Below are positions 34,846 through 46,075 of a stretch of 64,000 bases of DNA, piece by piece. The notes below the pieces were generated by a model, which ran no database searches, had not been told where the DNA came from, and was given only the letters and a program-made list of their open reading frames with translations. The DNA is taken from the NCBI GenBank assembly GCA_051530055.1, contig CM121341.1, positions 5,186,784-5,250,783 of the forward strand. Direction: 5' to 3'. The position numbers and the translations under genes were made by a program. The stretch is from Neoechinorhynchus agilis. Lineage: Eukaryota > Animalia > Acanthocephala. Position 1 is the stretch's first letter. Each line of letters opens with the position of its first letter.

Positions 34846-36255
34846 ATGCAAAATCAAGATTTTAACTACAAAACCTCAAAGAACCACTCTGAAACATCGT
34901 CCACGTCTCAAGCTGCATCTGAACACAAGGAGATTCTAAAAGCAGACAAGTCAACCGAAATCGAACACGAAGCATTCGAAACTTACGCCAAAGGAACAGA
35001 AGTACAATTTTATTTCAAGGAAGAGTCCAGAGATGAATGGTGGTCCGATGGAAAAGGTCATTCTGGACGGCGTCGAATACCAAGCAACCATTACACCTCC
35101 AAATGCTCGTGAAATGCACTTTGAATCTCGGGTAGCAGCTCACAACCGCCCACGAAAGCCCCCACCAGAACCTGAAGGAGGACTTCGTCTTCGAAGTGGT
35201 AGAAAAATGTTGAGTGCCATCGAGGTATTCAGGCAAGAGGAAGCAAAATCGAATTGTCCAAAGTCAACGAGATCGAAGGGTAGTACCAACGTTACGTCCA
35301 ATCGAAAACGAGTAAAAGGAGAACCCGAAGACGACTATGTCTTGCCGACCAAAAGAAAGATTCTCGAGAAAAAATCAAGACAATGCCCCGTACGGAAAAA
35401 TACAGAAAGTGAAGCAAATCCAAAAGTAACTCCGTCAGAAAGTCTTGCAAAGGATACAAAAGTTTCGGGTGGTCTACAGGCCAAAAAACGTTCAATATCA
35501 AAGGCACAACTCGAAGAATCTGAGTGTTCGGAACTTCCGATGGTTACCCAAGACATAAAGAGACCAAAGATTACAACGAAGACGAAGCCAAGCCGAAAGC
35601 GAGTCTCAAAACCTAAAATGGAACCAAATCCGCCAGAACACGAAAATTCAGGCACTGATCAAACGGCATTTCCCAGGGACAAAAAATGGGTTCCAAACGT
35701 CCAAAAAAATCGGCAGAAGTAAAAGAGGACTTAAGCCATGATGGCAAACGACAAAAGACACGACGACCACGAAGCCAAGCCCTAAGCAAATCTTAGAACC
35801 TCATTCAAAATCAAATGCGCCAGAGGTTATAATAATAGCGGAGGAATCCATGGAGTCGAAGGCAAATAAAGATGAAAGTTCTCAAATAAATCCAGAGCTG
35901 CCGAAGTCCAAGTCTCAAATACAAATGATTAATGTAAAGGAAACAAACATTTCGACGGATTTGGATAGAACGACATTAAAAAGCGACCTTAAAATCGGTT
36001 CTAAACGTGCCAGAGAATCTGACAGAATTAAAACAAGACTCAATCCACGACGGCAAACGACTTAAGGTTGGATCGAAGCTGACGAAGCCGAGCCGGAAGC
36101 GAATTCCAACACCTCATCCGAAACGCTTAAATGCGCCAGAGGTTAACCTATCTGACGATTCGGGGGAGTCGAAGGCAAATCAAGGCGAAAGTTCCCAAAT
36201 AAATCCGCAACAACCGAAGCTCCTCAATCCTAAATCAAAAGGACAAAATAAATGA
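34846..36255 (+). pseudogene. Amplified orphan gene, copy 1, several frameshifts
   Basis: Colinear with 37868-39262 but has small indels near 35040, 35640, 35690, 35760, 36020 and 36120. These may be consensus errors. Confidence 0.6.
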
Positions 36256-37136
36256 AACAGACGGCATTTTCCGGCGACCTAAATTTTTTTTTAAAACGTT
36301 TTTTTTATTAAAACGGCGATGAAACCAACGGCAGATAAAGATTCTAAGCAGTTAAAGTCCCCTTCTGAGTTTGCAGCAAAACGCAATAGCGGTTGAGATA
36401 AACACCAAAGTGTTCAATAGGCAAATTTTGTTCAGGAGTTTGGCATCAAATCGATCAATATAATTCAAGGAGCACTAGGAGAGAAGGGTCCTTTGGTTAA
36501 CAAAGAAGAGCAAATTTGGAACTACGAATAAACCTTTATTATTTAGTGAAAGTATTTTTTAAATGATTATTTGGTTAATAAATCCTATCAGAAATTCAGT
36601 AAATGAAAAAAGGAGAGATGTTCAAGTTGGGAGGGGATCAAAACCGGGAATAATCTTCTCGAAATGACGCCAGAAAAAAAGTTTTGGGCCATTATAACAC
36701 GAAATTTCCAAATCATTTGTCGACGATTCTCCCTGCAGAATGAATACTTTCTTCAGATTGGCGAAAAAGGACAATTACATAAATTTCGAAAATAAATCTT
36801 TTTTTAAAGTACACGACAATTTCGAGTTCATAAAATATTTCAAAAATTTAATAAATAGCAATCATTAAAGGGTCACGTGATCACGTTTTGTGACTAATTA
36901 TCAATAACCAATATTTTTCCGACAACAAAAGCACAAACACAAAGAAAACGTATTTCTAATTAAATACAAGAAAATAAATATTGATTGCTGATAATATTTG
37001 TGCAACAAACTGATTTCAAGCTTTCCCGTTCCCCTCTCGTTAAAGCGCTTCACCTTAATCGTATCGATAACAACGAGCAACTTAGCATCAAAACATCTCC
37101 AAGAATTTCCACCGGTAAGTTAAAAATCCGATCGGT

Positions 37137-37820
37137 TTAAGCATTTTCCACATCTTCACGAAGGCTCCCTTCAATTCCCGGCGGTAAGGGTAGAAATGAA
37201 TCGAACATTTCAGAACAAAGATCCACCATAATTTGTCTTGTACTTTCAGGGGCTTCGGCGATGAACTTCGCTGGAATTCCTCCGAAAATACAAATAGGAG
37301 GGACGCAAGTATCAGCAGTTAGAAGGCTGTTTGGTAGAAGAATGCTACAATCCTTAAGGATCGAGCGCTTCTCACAAACGGAATTGTGGCCTAGAATTAA
37401 GAAAATGATGTGTTTTCTAGAGAAATCAACATGTAAACTTGCCGATCCGTACACAGGAACCAACTTGATTGCATTTAAGAACGCAATCATCTTCCACGAT
37501 CGTATAGTCGCCAATCGATAGTTTTGAGAACGAATAAGAGGACGATGCGCGAGTAAAGAAGGGTTGGAGAATGCAACTTCGTCCGAAATGACAGTATTTT
37601 CCAACTCGAATAGGAGCGAGATCGCCTCTGAACACACAATTTTGTTGAATTATTACTCGACCAGTTAGAATGATATTTTGACTTCCTGCCATTAAAGATT
37701 TCTTTTCTTGAATACTCACACGTCCGTCGAAGGTTGTGTGAGTATTCACGTACAAACCTTGTTTCCTGTGCTGGTTTCGAAGTATTCGGCGGGTCGAAAA
37801 TATTGCTCACAGATTTCCAT
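37137..37820 (-). CDS. DCTN5: Dynactin subunit 5 (p25), copy 2
   Basis: Near-identical to copy 1, 3022 bp downstream. Confidence 0.85.
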
Positions 37821-37867
37821 CTAGAACATATTTTTTAGAGGTGCCAATTCCTTTTAACATTTTAGAT

Positions 37868-39262
37868 ATGCAAAATCAAGATTTTAACGACAAAACCTCA
37901 AAGAACCACTCTGAAACATCGTCCACGTCTCAAGCTGCATCTGAACACAAAGAGATTCTAAAAGAAGACAAGTCAACCGAAATCGAACGCGAAGCATTCG
38001 AAACTTACGCCAAAGGAACAGAAGTACAATTTTATTTCAAGGAAGAGTCCAGAGATGAATGCGGGGTCCGGACGGGAAAGGTCATTCTGGACGGCGTCGA
38101 ATACCAAGCAACCATTACACATCCAAATGCTCGTGAAATGCACTTTGAATCTCGGGTAGCAGCTCACAACCGCCCACGAAAGCCCCCACCAGAACCTGAA
38201 GGAGGACTTCGTCTTCGAAGTGGTAGAAAAATGTTGAGTGCCATCGAGGTATTCAGGCAAGAGGAAGCAAAATCGAATTGTCCAAAGTCAACGAGATCGA
38301 AGGGTAGTACCAACGTTACGTCCAATCGAAAACGAGTAAAAGGAGAACCCGAAGACGACTATGTCTTGCCGACCAAGAGAAAGATTCTCGAGAAAAAATC
38401 AAGACAATGCCCCATACGGAAAAATACAGAAAGTGAAGCAAATCCAAAAGTAACTCCGTCAGAAAGTCTTGCAAAGGATACAAAAGTTTCGGGTGGTCTA
38501 CAGGCCAAAAAACGTTCAATATCAAAGGCACAACTCGAAGAATCTGAGTGTTCGGAACTTCCGATGGTTACCCAAGACATAAAGAGACCAAAGATTACAA
38601 CGAAGACGAAGCCAAGCCGAAAGCGAGTCTCAAAACCTAAAATGGAACCAAATCCGCCAGAAACAATTGAAAATTCAGGGGACTTCGATCAAACGGCATT
38701 TCCCAGGGAGCTAAAAATGGGTTCCAAACGTCCAAAAAAATCGGCAGAAGTAAAAGAGGACTTAAGCCATGATGGCAAACGACAAAAGATGACGACGACC
38801 ACGAAGCCAAGCCCTAAGCAAATGCCAGAGCCAAATTCAGAATCAAATGCCCCAGAGGTTATAATAATAGCGGAGGAATCCATGGAGTCGAAGGCAAATA
38901 AAGATGAAAGTTATCAAATAAATCCTGAACTGCCGAAGTCCCAGTCTCAAATACAAATGATTAATGTAAAAGAAACAAACATTTCGACGGATTTGGATAG
39001 AACGACATTAAAAAGCGACCTTAAAATCGGTTCTAAACGTGCCAGAGAATCGACAGAATTAAAACAAGACTCAATCCACGACGGCAAACGACTTAAGGTT
39101 GGATCGAAGCTGACGAAGCCGAGCCGGAAGCGAATTCCAACACCTCATCCAAAATTAAATGCGCCCGAGGTTATAATCCTATCTGACGATTCGGGAGAGT
39201 CGAAGGCAAATCAAGGCGAAAGTTTCCAAATAAATCCGCAACAACCGAAGCCTCAATCCTAA
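37868..39262 (+). CDS. Amplified orphan protein, intact 464-aa copy: disordered K/E/S-rich, GLRLRSGR motif, NLS-like and SIM-like repeats
   Basis: Single open frame from ATG after ttttag-at; internal duplication of ~103-aa period GSKR..HDGKR..PEVII. Confidence 0.8.
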   Translation: MQNQDFNDKTSKNHSETSSTSQAASEHKEILKEDKSTEIEREAFETYAKGTEVQFYFKEESRDECGVRTGKVILDGVEYQATITHPNAREMHFESRVAAHNRPRKPPPEPEGGLRLRSGRKMLSAIEVFRQEEAKSNCPKSTRSKGSTNVTSNRKRVKGEPEDDYVLPTKRKILEKKSRQCPIRKNTESEANPKVTPSESLAKDTKVSGGLQAKKRSISKAQLEESECSELPMVTQDIKRPKITTKTKPSRKRVSKPKMEPNPPETIENSGDFDQTAFPRELKMGSKRPKKSAEVKEDLSHDGKRQKMTTTTKPSPKQMPEPNSESNAPEVIIIAEESMESKANKDESYQINPELPKSQSQIQMINVKETNISTDLDRTTLKSDLKIGSKRARESTELKQDSIHDGKRLKVGSKLTKPSRKRIPTPHPKLNAPEVIILSDDSGESKANQGESFQINPQQPKPQS

Positions 39263-39583
39263 ATCAAAAGGACAAAAATAAGTGAAAAAAAAGGCATTTT
39301 CCGGCGACCTAAAAAATGATTAAAACGGCGATGAAGCCAACGGCAGATAAAGATTCAAAGCAGTTAAAGTCGTCCCTCTGAGTCTGCAGCAAAACGCAGT
39401 AGCGGTTGAAATAAACACCAAAGTGTTCAATTGGCAAATATTGTTCAGGAGTTTGGTATCAAAGCGATCAATCAAATTCAAGGAGCACTAGGAGAGAAGG
39501 GTCCTTTGGTTAACAAAGAAGAGCAAATTTGGAACTACGAATAAACCTTTATTATTTAGTGAAAGTATTTTTTAAATGATTAT

Positions 39584-40177
39584 TTAGGGAGTTACTTTTG
39601 GATTTGCTTCACTTTCTGTATTTTTCCGTGCGGGGCATTGTCTTGATTTTTTCTCGAGAATCTTTCTTTTGGTCGGCAAGACATAGTCGTCTTCGGGTTC
39701 TCCTTTTACTCGTTTGCGATTGGACGTAACGTTGGCACTACCCTTCGATCTCGTTGACTTTGGACAATTCAATTTTGCTTCCTCTTGCCTGAATACCTCG
39801 ATGGCACTCAACATTTTTCTACCACTTCGAAGACGAAGTCCTCCTTCAGGTTCTGGTGGGGGCTTTCGTGGGCGGTTGTGAGCTGCTACCCGAGATTCAA
39901 AGTGCATTTCACGAGCATTTGGATGTGTAATGGTTGCTTGGTATTCGACGCCGTCCAGAATGACCTTTCCCGTCCGGACCCCGCATTCATCTCTGGACTC
40001 TTCCTTGAAATAAAATTGTACTTCTGTTCCTTTGGCGTAAGTTTCGAGTTCTTCGTGTTCGATTTCGGTTGACTTGTCTTCTTTTAGAATCTCTTTGTGT
40101 TCAGATGCAGCTTGAGACGTGGACGATGTTTCAGAGTCGTTCTTTGAGGTTTTGTCGTTAAAATCTTGATTTTGCAT
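39584..40177 (-). CDS. N-terminal-only (197-aa) form of the orphan protein at the inversion junction
   Basis: Matches the first 197 aa. A TAA is created by the junction aaagtaactccc-taa at 39584-39586. Confidence 0.5.
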   Translation of the reverse strand: MQNQDFNDKTSKNDSETSSTSQAASEHKEILKEDKSTEIEHEELETYAKGTEVQFYFKEESRDECGVRTGKVILDGVEYQATITHPNAREMHFESRVAAHNRPRKPPPEPEGGLRLRSGRKMLSAIEVFRQEEAKLNCPKSTRSKGSANVTSNRKRVKGEPEDDYVLPTKRKILEKKSRQCPARKNTESEANPKVTP

Positions 40178-40224
40178 ATCTAAAATGTTAAAAGGAATTG
40201 GCACCTCTAAAAAATATGTTCTAG

Positions 40225-40908
40225 ATGGAAGTCTGTGAGCAATATTTTCGACCCGCCGAATACTTCGAAACCAGCACAGGAAACAAGGTTTGTACGTGAA
40301 TACTCACACAACCTTCGACGGACGTGTGAGTATTCAAGAAAAGAAATCTTTAATGGCAGGAAGTCAAAATATCATTCTAACTGGTCGAGTAATAATTCAA
40401 CAAAATTGTGTGTTCAGAGGCGATCTCGCTCCAATTCGAGTTGGAAAATACTGTCATTTCGGACGAAGCTGCATTCTCCAACCCTTCTTTACTCGCGCAT
40501 CGTCCTCTTATTCGTTCTCAAAACTATCGATTGGCGACTATACGATCGTGGAAGATGATTGCGTTCTTAAATGCAATCAAGTTGGTTCCTGTGTACGGAT
40601 CGGCAAGTTTACATGTTGATTTCTCTAGAAAACACATCATTTTCTTAATTCTAGGCCACAATTCCGTTTGTGAGAAGCGCTCGATCCTTAAGGATTGTAG
40701 CATTCTTCTACCAAACAGCCTTCTAACTGCTGATACTTGCGTCCCTCCCTATTGTATTTTCGGAGGAATTCCAGCGAAGTTCATCGCCGAAGCCCCTGAA
40801 AGTACAAGACAAATTATGGTGGATCTTTGTTCTGAAATGTTCGATTCATTTCTACCCTTACCGCCGGGAATTGAAGGGAGCCTTCGTGAAGATGTGGAAA
40901 ATGCTTAA
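40225..40908 (+). CDS. DCTN5: Dynactin subunit 5 (p25), copy 3 (inverted); introns ~40292-40338 and 40603-40654 (GC-AG)
   Basis: Removing GCAAGT..TTCTAG joins VRIG to HNSVCEKRSILKDC, which aligns without gaps to the p25 VHIGKNCVIGRRCVLKDC segment. Confidence 0.85.
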
Positions 40909-41777
40909 ACCGATCGGATTTTTAACTTACCGGTGGAAATTCTTGGAGATGTTTTGATGCTAAGTTGCTCGTTGTTATCGATACGATTAAGGTGAAGCGC
41001 TTTAACGAGAGGGGAACGGGAAAGCTTGAAATCAGTTTGTTGCACAAATATTATCCGCAATCAATATTTATTTTCTTGTATTTAATTAGAAATACGTTTT
41101 CTTTGTGTTTGTGCTTTTGTTGTCGGAAAAATATTGGTTATTGATAATTAGTCACAAAACGTGATCACGTGACCCTTTAATGATTGCTATTTATTAAATT
41201 TTCGAAATATTTTATGAACCCGAAATTGTCGTGTACTTTAAAAAAAGATTTATTTTTGAAATTTATGTAATTGTCCTTTTTCGCCAATCTGAAGAAAGTA
41301 TTCATTCTGCAGGGAGAATCGTCGACAAATGATTTGGAAATTTCGTGTTATAATGGCCCAAAACTTTTTATCTGGCGTCATTTCAAGAAGATTATTCCCG
41401 GTTTTGATGCCCCTCCCAACTTGAACATCTCTCCTTTTTTTCATTTACTAAATTTCTGATAGGATTTATTAAAATAATCATTTAAAAAAATACTTTCACT
41501 AAATAATAAAGGTTTATTCGTAGTTCCAAATTTGCTCTCCTTTGTTAACCAAAGGACCCTTCTTTCCTGATGCTTCTTGAATTTGATTGATCGATTTGAT
41601 GCCAAACTCCTAAACAATATTTGCTAATTGAACACTTTGGTGTTTATTTCAACTGCTACTGCGTTTTGCTGCAGAATCAGAAGGGGACTTTAACTGCTTA
41701 GAATCTTTATCTGCCGTTGGCTTCATCGCCGTTTTAATCATTTTTTTTAAGTCGCCGAAAAATGCCGTTTGTTTCAT

Positions 41778-42434
41778 TTATTTTTTTCCTTTCGGTAGTT
41801 CCGGATTTATTTGGGAACTTTCGCCTTGATTTGCCTTCGACTCCCCCGAATCGTCAGATAGGATTATAACCTCGGGCGCATTTAATTTCGGATGAGGTGT
41901 TGGAATTCGCTTCCGGCTCGGCTTCGTCAGCTTCGATGCAACCTTAAGTCGTTTGCCGTCGTGGATTGAGTCTTGTTTTAATTCCGTCGATTCTCTGGCA
42001 CGTTTAGAACCGATTTTAAGGTCGCTTTTAAATGTCGTTCTATCCAAATCCGTCGAAATGTTTGTTTCCTTTACATTAATTATTAGTATTTGAGGCTGGG
42101 ACTTCGGCAGCTCAGCATTTATTTGAAAACTTTCATCTTTATTTGCCTTCGACTCCATGGATTCCTCCGCTATGATTATAACCTCTGGCGCATTTGATTT
42201 TGAATGAGGTTCTAAGATTTGCTTAGGGCTTGGCTTCGTGGTCGTCGTCATCTTTTGTCGTTTGCCATCATGGCTTAAGTCTTCTTTTACTTCTGCCGAT
42301 TTTCTTGGACGTTTGGAACCCATTTTTAACTCCCTGGGAAATGCCGTTTGATCGAAGTCGCCTGAATTTTCAATTGTTTCTGGCTGATTTGGCTCCAGTT
42401 TAGGTTTTGAGACTAGCCTGCGGCTTGACTTCAT
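41778..42434 (-). CDS. C-terminal-only form of the orphan protein (ELPKGKK end), inverted
   Basis: Open frame containing both PEVII repeats; first in-frame ATG segment is MGSKRPRK. Confidence 0.45.
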   Translation of the reverse strand: MKSSRRLVSKPKLEPNQPETIENSGDFDQTAFPRELKMGSKRPRKSAEVKEDLSHDGKRQKMTTTTKPSPKQILEPHSKSNAPEVIIIAEESMESKANKDESFQINAELPKSQPQILIINVKETNISTDLDRTTFKSDLKIGSKRARESTELKQDSIHDGKRLKVASKLTKPSRKRIPTPHPKLNAPEVIILSDDSGESKANQGESSQINPELPKGKK

Positions 42435-43489
42435 CTTCGTTGTAACCTTTTGTCTTTTTGTGTCTTGGGTAACCGTCGGAAGTTCCGTACACTCAGATTC
42501 TTCGAGTTGTGCCTTTGACCTTGAACGTTTTTTTTTGCGCGTCGATCATCCGAAACCTTTGTGTCCTTTGCAAGACTTTCTGACGAAGTTGCTTTTAGTT
42601 TTGTTTCACTTTCTTTATTTTTTGGTGCGGTGCATTGTCTTGATTTTTTTCTCGAGACTTTCTTTTGCTCGGCATGACATAGTCGTCTTCGCTCGACTGA
42701 ATCATTTATGTTAAATTTTTTACTTTGCTAAACACCGCCAGTTAAAATACTTTGTTTTTGTGTCGTTTGCAAATTATTCGAAATTTTCAATTGCATTTTT
42801 CGCTCTTGATGATTGACCGAAATGGATTTGATTTATTACAAAATAAGGCGAAGTTGGAGGCATAAAAATTTTGGTCTTAAGAATTATCGTCTTTATACGC
42901 AGTTTTGCTTAATAATCAATTAAAATATTTTACATTTTTTTAATGGTTTTTCGTCTCGATTGTGTTAGATCGACATTAAACGCTTCGTTTTGTGATTTTA
43001 TGAACTCGGATTACGATTTTAAGCTTTTAAACAAAAGTATTTGCTAATGCCTTGTCGTAAATCCATCAAGAGTTTTAGACCACAGAATAAAGAGTTTTAA
43101 CGCTCTCTTAAGGTTTACGGTGTTAAAGCAACATAACGACTATTTTAGTACAAGTGGAAATCCTAACAAAAATCCGGCTCTCCTAATTGTCAATGACTTA
43201 TTTAAAGATTATTTCTGACTTTTTTGGAGAACCTTTGGACATTCACATATTTCAGCAGCCTGATGGATTTCAACAAAGTTCATGACTCGCTCTTCTTTTT
43301 TTGTTTATTCTTTGAGCGAGAGATTGAAGAATTGCACTTTGAGAAGCATTGAGATCGGCTCAAAACCCAGGCACTTCACTCCTCCAATCTAAAAATAGAA
43401 TAAACCCAAGAATATGGAAGGATCCGAGCAAAAGTAAAAACAAGAGCAGAAGGTGGAACTCCATCAAAATCATTCGACCCTCCGATTCA

Positions 43490-44200
43490 TTTCTGTGATG
43501 ATACGCCTTCTCCACCCCACCCATCATCCCTCGGTGCCCGGAATTCGACCCATCGTGTCATGCACTCCTCTCTCTAGGATATAAATCGCACCACATTTAT
43601 TTCTGAAAAGCCAGGAGCCTCCTTTACAGATCCTGTCGCCACTGATACACACAACCGCAACAAATTCCTTCGTATCGGTCAACTCCTTTCCCCCGACATT
43701 CACTTTACTATTCCTTCCCATCAACTGTTATGCGTATTCCCTCCAAAAATCAATTTAACCCGAGACCTCGTATCCTCAAAGTTACTTTTATTTCACCACT
43801 CGTAGCTTCCCTCGTTCTTAACAGGAGACACAGACTCCTCACAACTTTCTGTTCGTATCTATCCACATAAAAACTCATTACAAAATCTTTCCACCGTTCC
43901 TACAAACTTAACTCAGATCTCATCTTTTCCAATGTAACCCGTCACTTTTAGCGAACACCCACGAATATCTCCCCCATCCCAAAACACGAAGAATCAGCGA
44001 CTTCCCAGTTTCTTTGATTACGTATAACTCCACCGGTGGCCGAATAACCACAAAGGTCAATCTCCCAGCCCTTCCACGTGAAATACTCTCTTTTTACCGA
44101 AGCAAGTAAATAATTATCTCTCTACCTTTACTTCGATCCATTCAAGATCTCAACTCTAAACTCATTTCTATCATTACCAATCACTCATCCCAACTCAAAT
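43490..44200 (+). mobile_element. Degenerate Penelope-like RT relic (copy 2)
   Basis: Stop-ridden translation HHPSVPGIRPIVSC..LQILSPLI..NSF, later KGQSPSP and FLSLPITHPNSNF, echo the PLE RT motifs HK..P.RPIVS, MGSP.SP and FL..LN..HP.I.F. Confidence 0.45.
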
Positions 44201-44464
44201 TTTCGAGTCGCCCCGGACTTCTCTTTTTGTGTAGATATTCATTTAGGAATTAATCGGAATTTTCGACCTATGCGTTGGCCTTCTTCAATGATCACCACAG
44301 CGTTGCGTGAACGTGTTGCCATGTTCAATCATGATGGCCTCCATTGTGATTCGGTCACGTTTGTTAAAGGTCAAACATTAGACGCGATCATCAGGCATTC
44401 AATTCATCGTCCTTATGTTTTTGATTGCTGATATCAATGCCACCAATATTCCTACGAAGTACAG

Positions 44465-45579
44465 TCTTGAAGGCTGAGTCAAAGTCCTTGGCTCGGATGA
44501 TGAAGCATCCTTACGGCCTTGAACTTGTGCCCAGGCGATGTATTTTTTGAACGCGTCACATTTCTTTCAATGTGACCAATGGCCGTCGCCATCACAGTTT
44601 GAACAATGTTTTCGAGTCCTACTGCATTTAGAACTATGATGATCCAGCCAGCAGAAGGCGCATTTTGTCAACTTTGTAGGACAACGTTGCTCCCAGTGAC
44701 CCCAACACTTACAACTGTTGCATCGCGGGAAGTGATAATCAGCAAAATTGTAAACATTATCAGCAGTAAATTTGACTACCATAGAATTGAAATAGCACCT
44801 CTCCAAAGTCAACGTGTCCCTGCTCTCGACATTGCCTATCACAATCGCTTTCAGGATCATATTCACTGATCTGGCCGATTTTAGAAAAAAATAGGATCTC
44901 GACGCCCAACTTGCCCTCGAATTCCCGTTTATCGACTTCATCAATGTCTGGGGATAATCCAAAGACCATAAAGGTTGACTGGTAGCTGGAGTCGGTAATT
45001 AAAACACCGGAGAGACCGTATATTTTTCTCGTGAATTCTATAAATCCTTCGACGAAACGTCTGCCAATTAACAAAACTCTCAACCTCCAACCGAAATTGG
45101 TTGTCGAGCAAATTCTATGCACGTCGTCCTTGAACGTTTTGAACCATGGAACCAAGAATCTTCGATGCACCTCCTTCCTCGGGAGTAGCGGATTGGATTG
45201 TATGGCCACAGTAAGTGGCCATCTCTTGGTTGGGACTTCCAAAAGAGAAGAATCGTCCTGGGGTGTACGGGAGTTGGGTTTGGGTGCTACGTCTCCGAGA
45301 ATAGTACTCCGGACCTCCCGTGGCACAAGAATTCTAAGAGAATTGGGTGGTCGTTTGCCACTCTCCGCCAACGACTGAACATTGGTGTGCATTGTTTTAA
45401 TATTGACGTTATTGATATTTTTTTAGTGCATATTGATTTTTTTTAATGCATATCGATGTTTTTTAATACGGTCGAAGTTGCCATGTTGCAAAGTAGTTTT
45501 AAAATTCACATTAACAAGTTTGAACCAATGATTCAAACCTTGAAATTCGTCCACTTTTTGTGTGCTGGTGAAGCGGCAG
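44465..45579 (-). mobile_element. Non-LTR retrotransposon ORF1 (gag-like, triple zinc knuckle) fragment flanked by an 86-bp direct repeat
   Basis: RCNSCKCWGHWEQRC-..-CAFCWLDHHSSKC-..-CSNCDGDGH; frameshifted; no ORF2. Confidence 0.75.
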
Positions 45580-45749
45580 TAGACGCGATCATCAGGCATT
45601 CAATTCATCGTCCTTATGTTTTTGATTGCTGATATCAATGCCACCAATATTCCTACGAAGTACAGGAGGCTTTTAATGATCACGGCGATATAATTTCGGC
45701 TGTTATGATGTCAATAATCAATTGTGCAGGGCGTAAGTTGAGAATATAA

Positions 45750-46075
45750 ATTTAGATCGGATATCGTTTCTCCCAATGAAATATCTGAACCTTTTTCCAG
45801 GAGGTAGGATTCGGGAGGTTTATAATCGGGACTCGTATTGGATCGTCAAATGTGCGGTGCAGAATAGCCGATACCGTAAAAAAAATTATTTTAAATCGAA
45901 TGGACAGTGTAATCAACCCTGGATTTGTGATTAATGGCGGTCGAGGGTACCACACAACTCGATCGCAACCGCCCGTATTTACATTAATGGCCATCGACTT
46001 CTATGAAAAGACATTTAACAAAGGATTTGAAGAACCGGCATCGGACCAATGGCGAAATAGTACGACTTCTGGGTA
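45750..46075 (+). pseudogene. TREH: Trehalase fragment, variant B (copy 2)
   Basis: MKYLNLFPGGRIREVYNRDSYW; NPGFVINGGRGYHTTRSQPPVFTLMAIDFYEKT. Confidence 0.75.

Noticed and set aside
34846-36255. Programmed frameshifting in orphan copy 1
   Set aside because: The indels are scattered, often in homopolymers and absent from other copies; decay or consensus error is more likely.
40297-40336. UGA plus hairpin as a selenocysteine or readthrough signal in DCTN5
   Set aside because: Reading through hits a second TGA and stays out of frame with the conserved downstream sequence.
40291-40340. Reassigned TAA codon (alternative genetic code)
   Set aside because: The conserved genes checked (MTO1, CNOT9, SNU13, most TDP1 exons) translate without in-frame TAA/TAG, and TAA terminates DCTN5, SNU13 and CNOT9 normally.
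44184-44210. actcatccca..ttttcgagtc resembling the Oikopleura spliced leader
   Set aside because: The match is interrupted, has no splice donor or Sm site, and coincides with the HP..F motif of the PLE RT relic.
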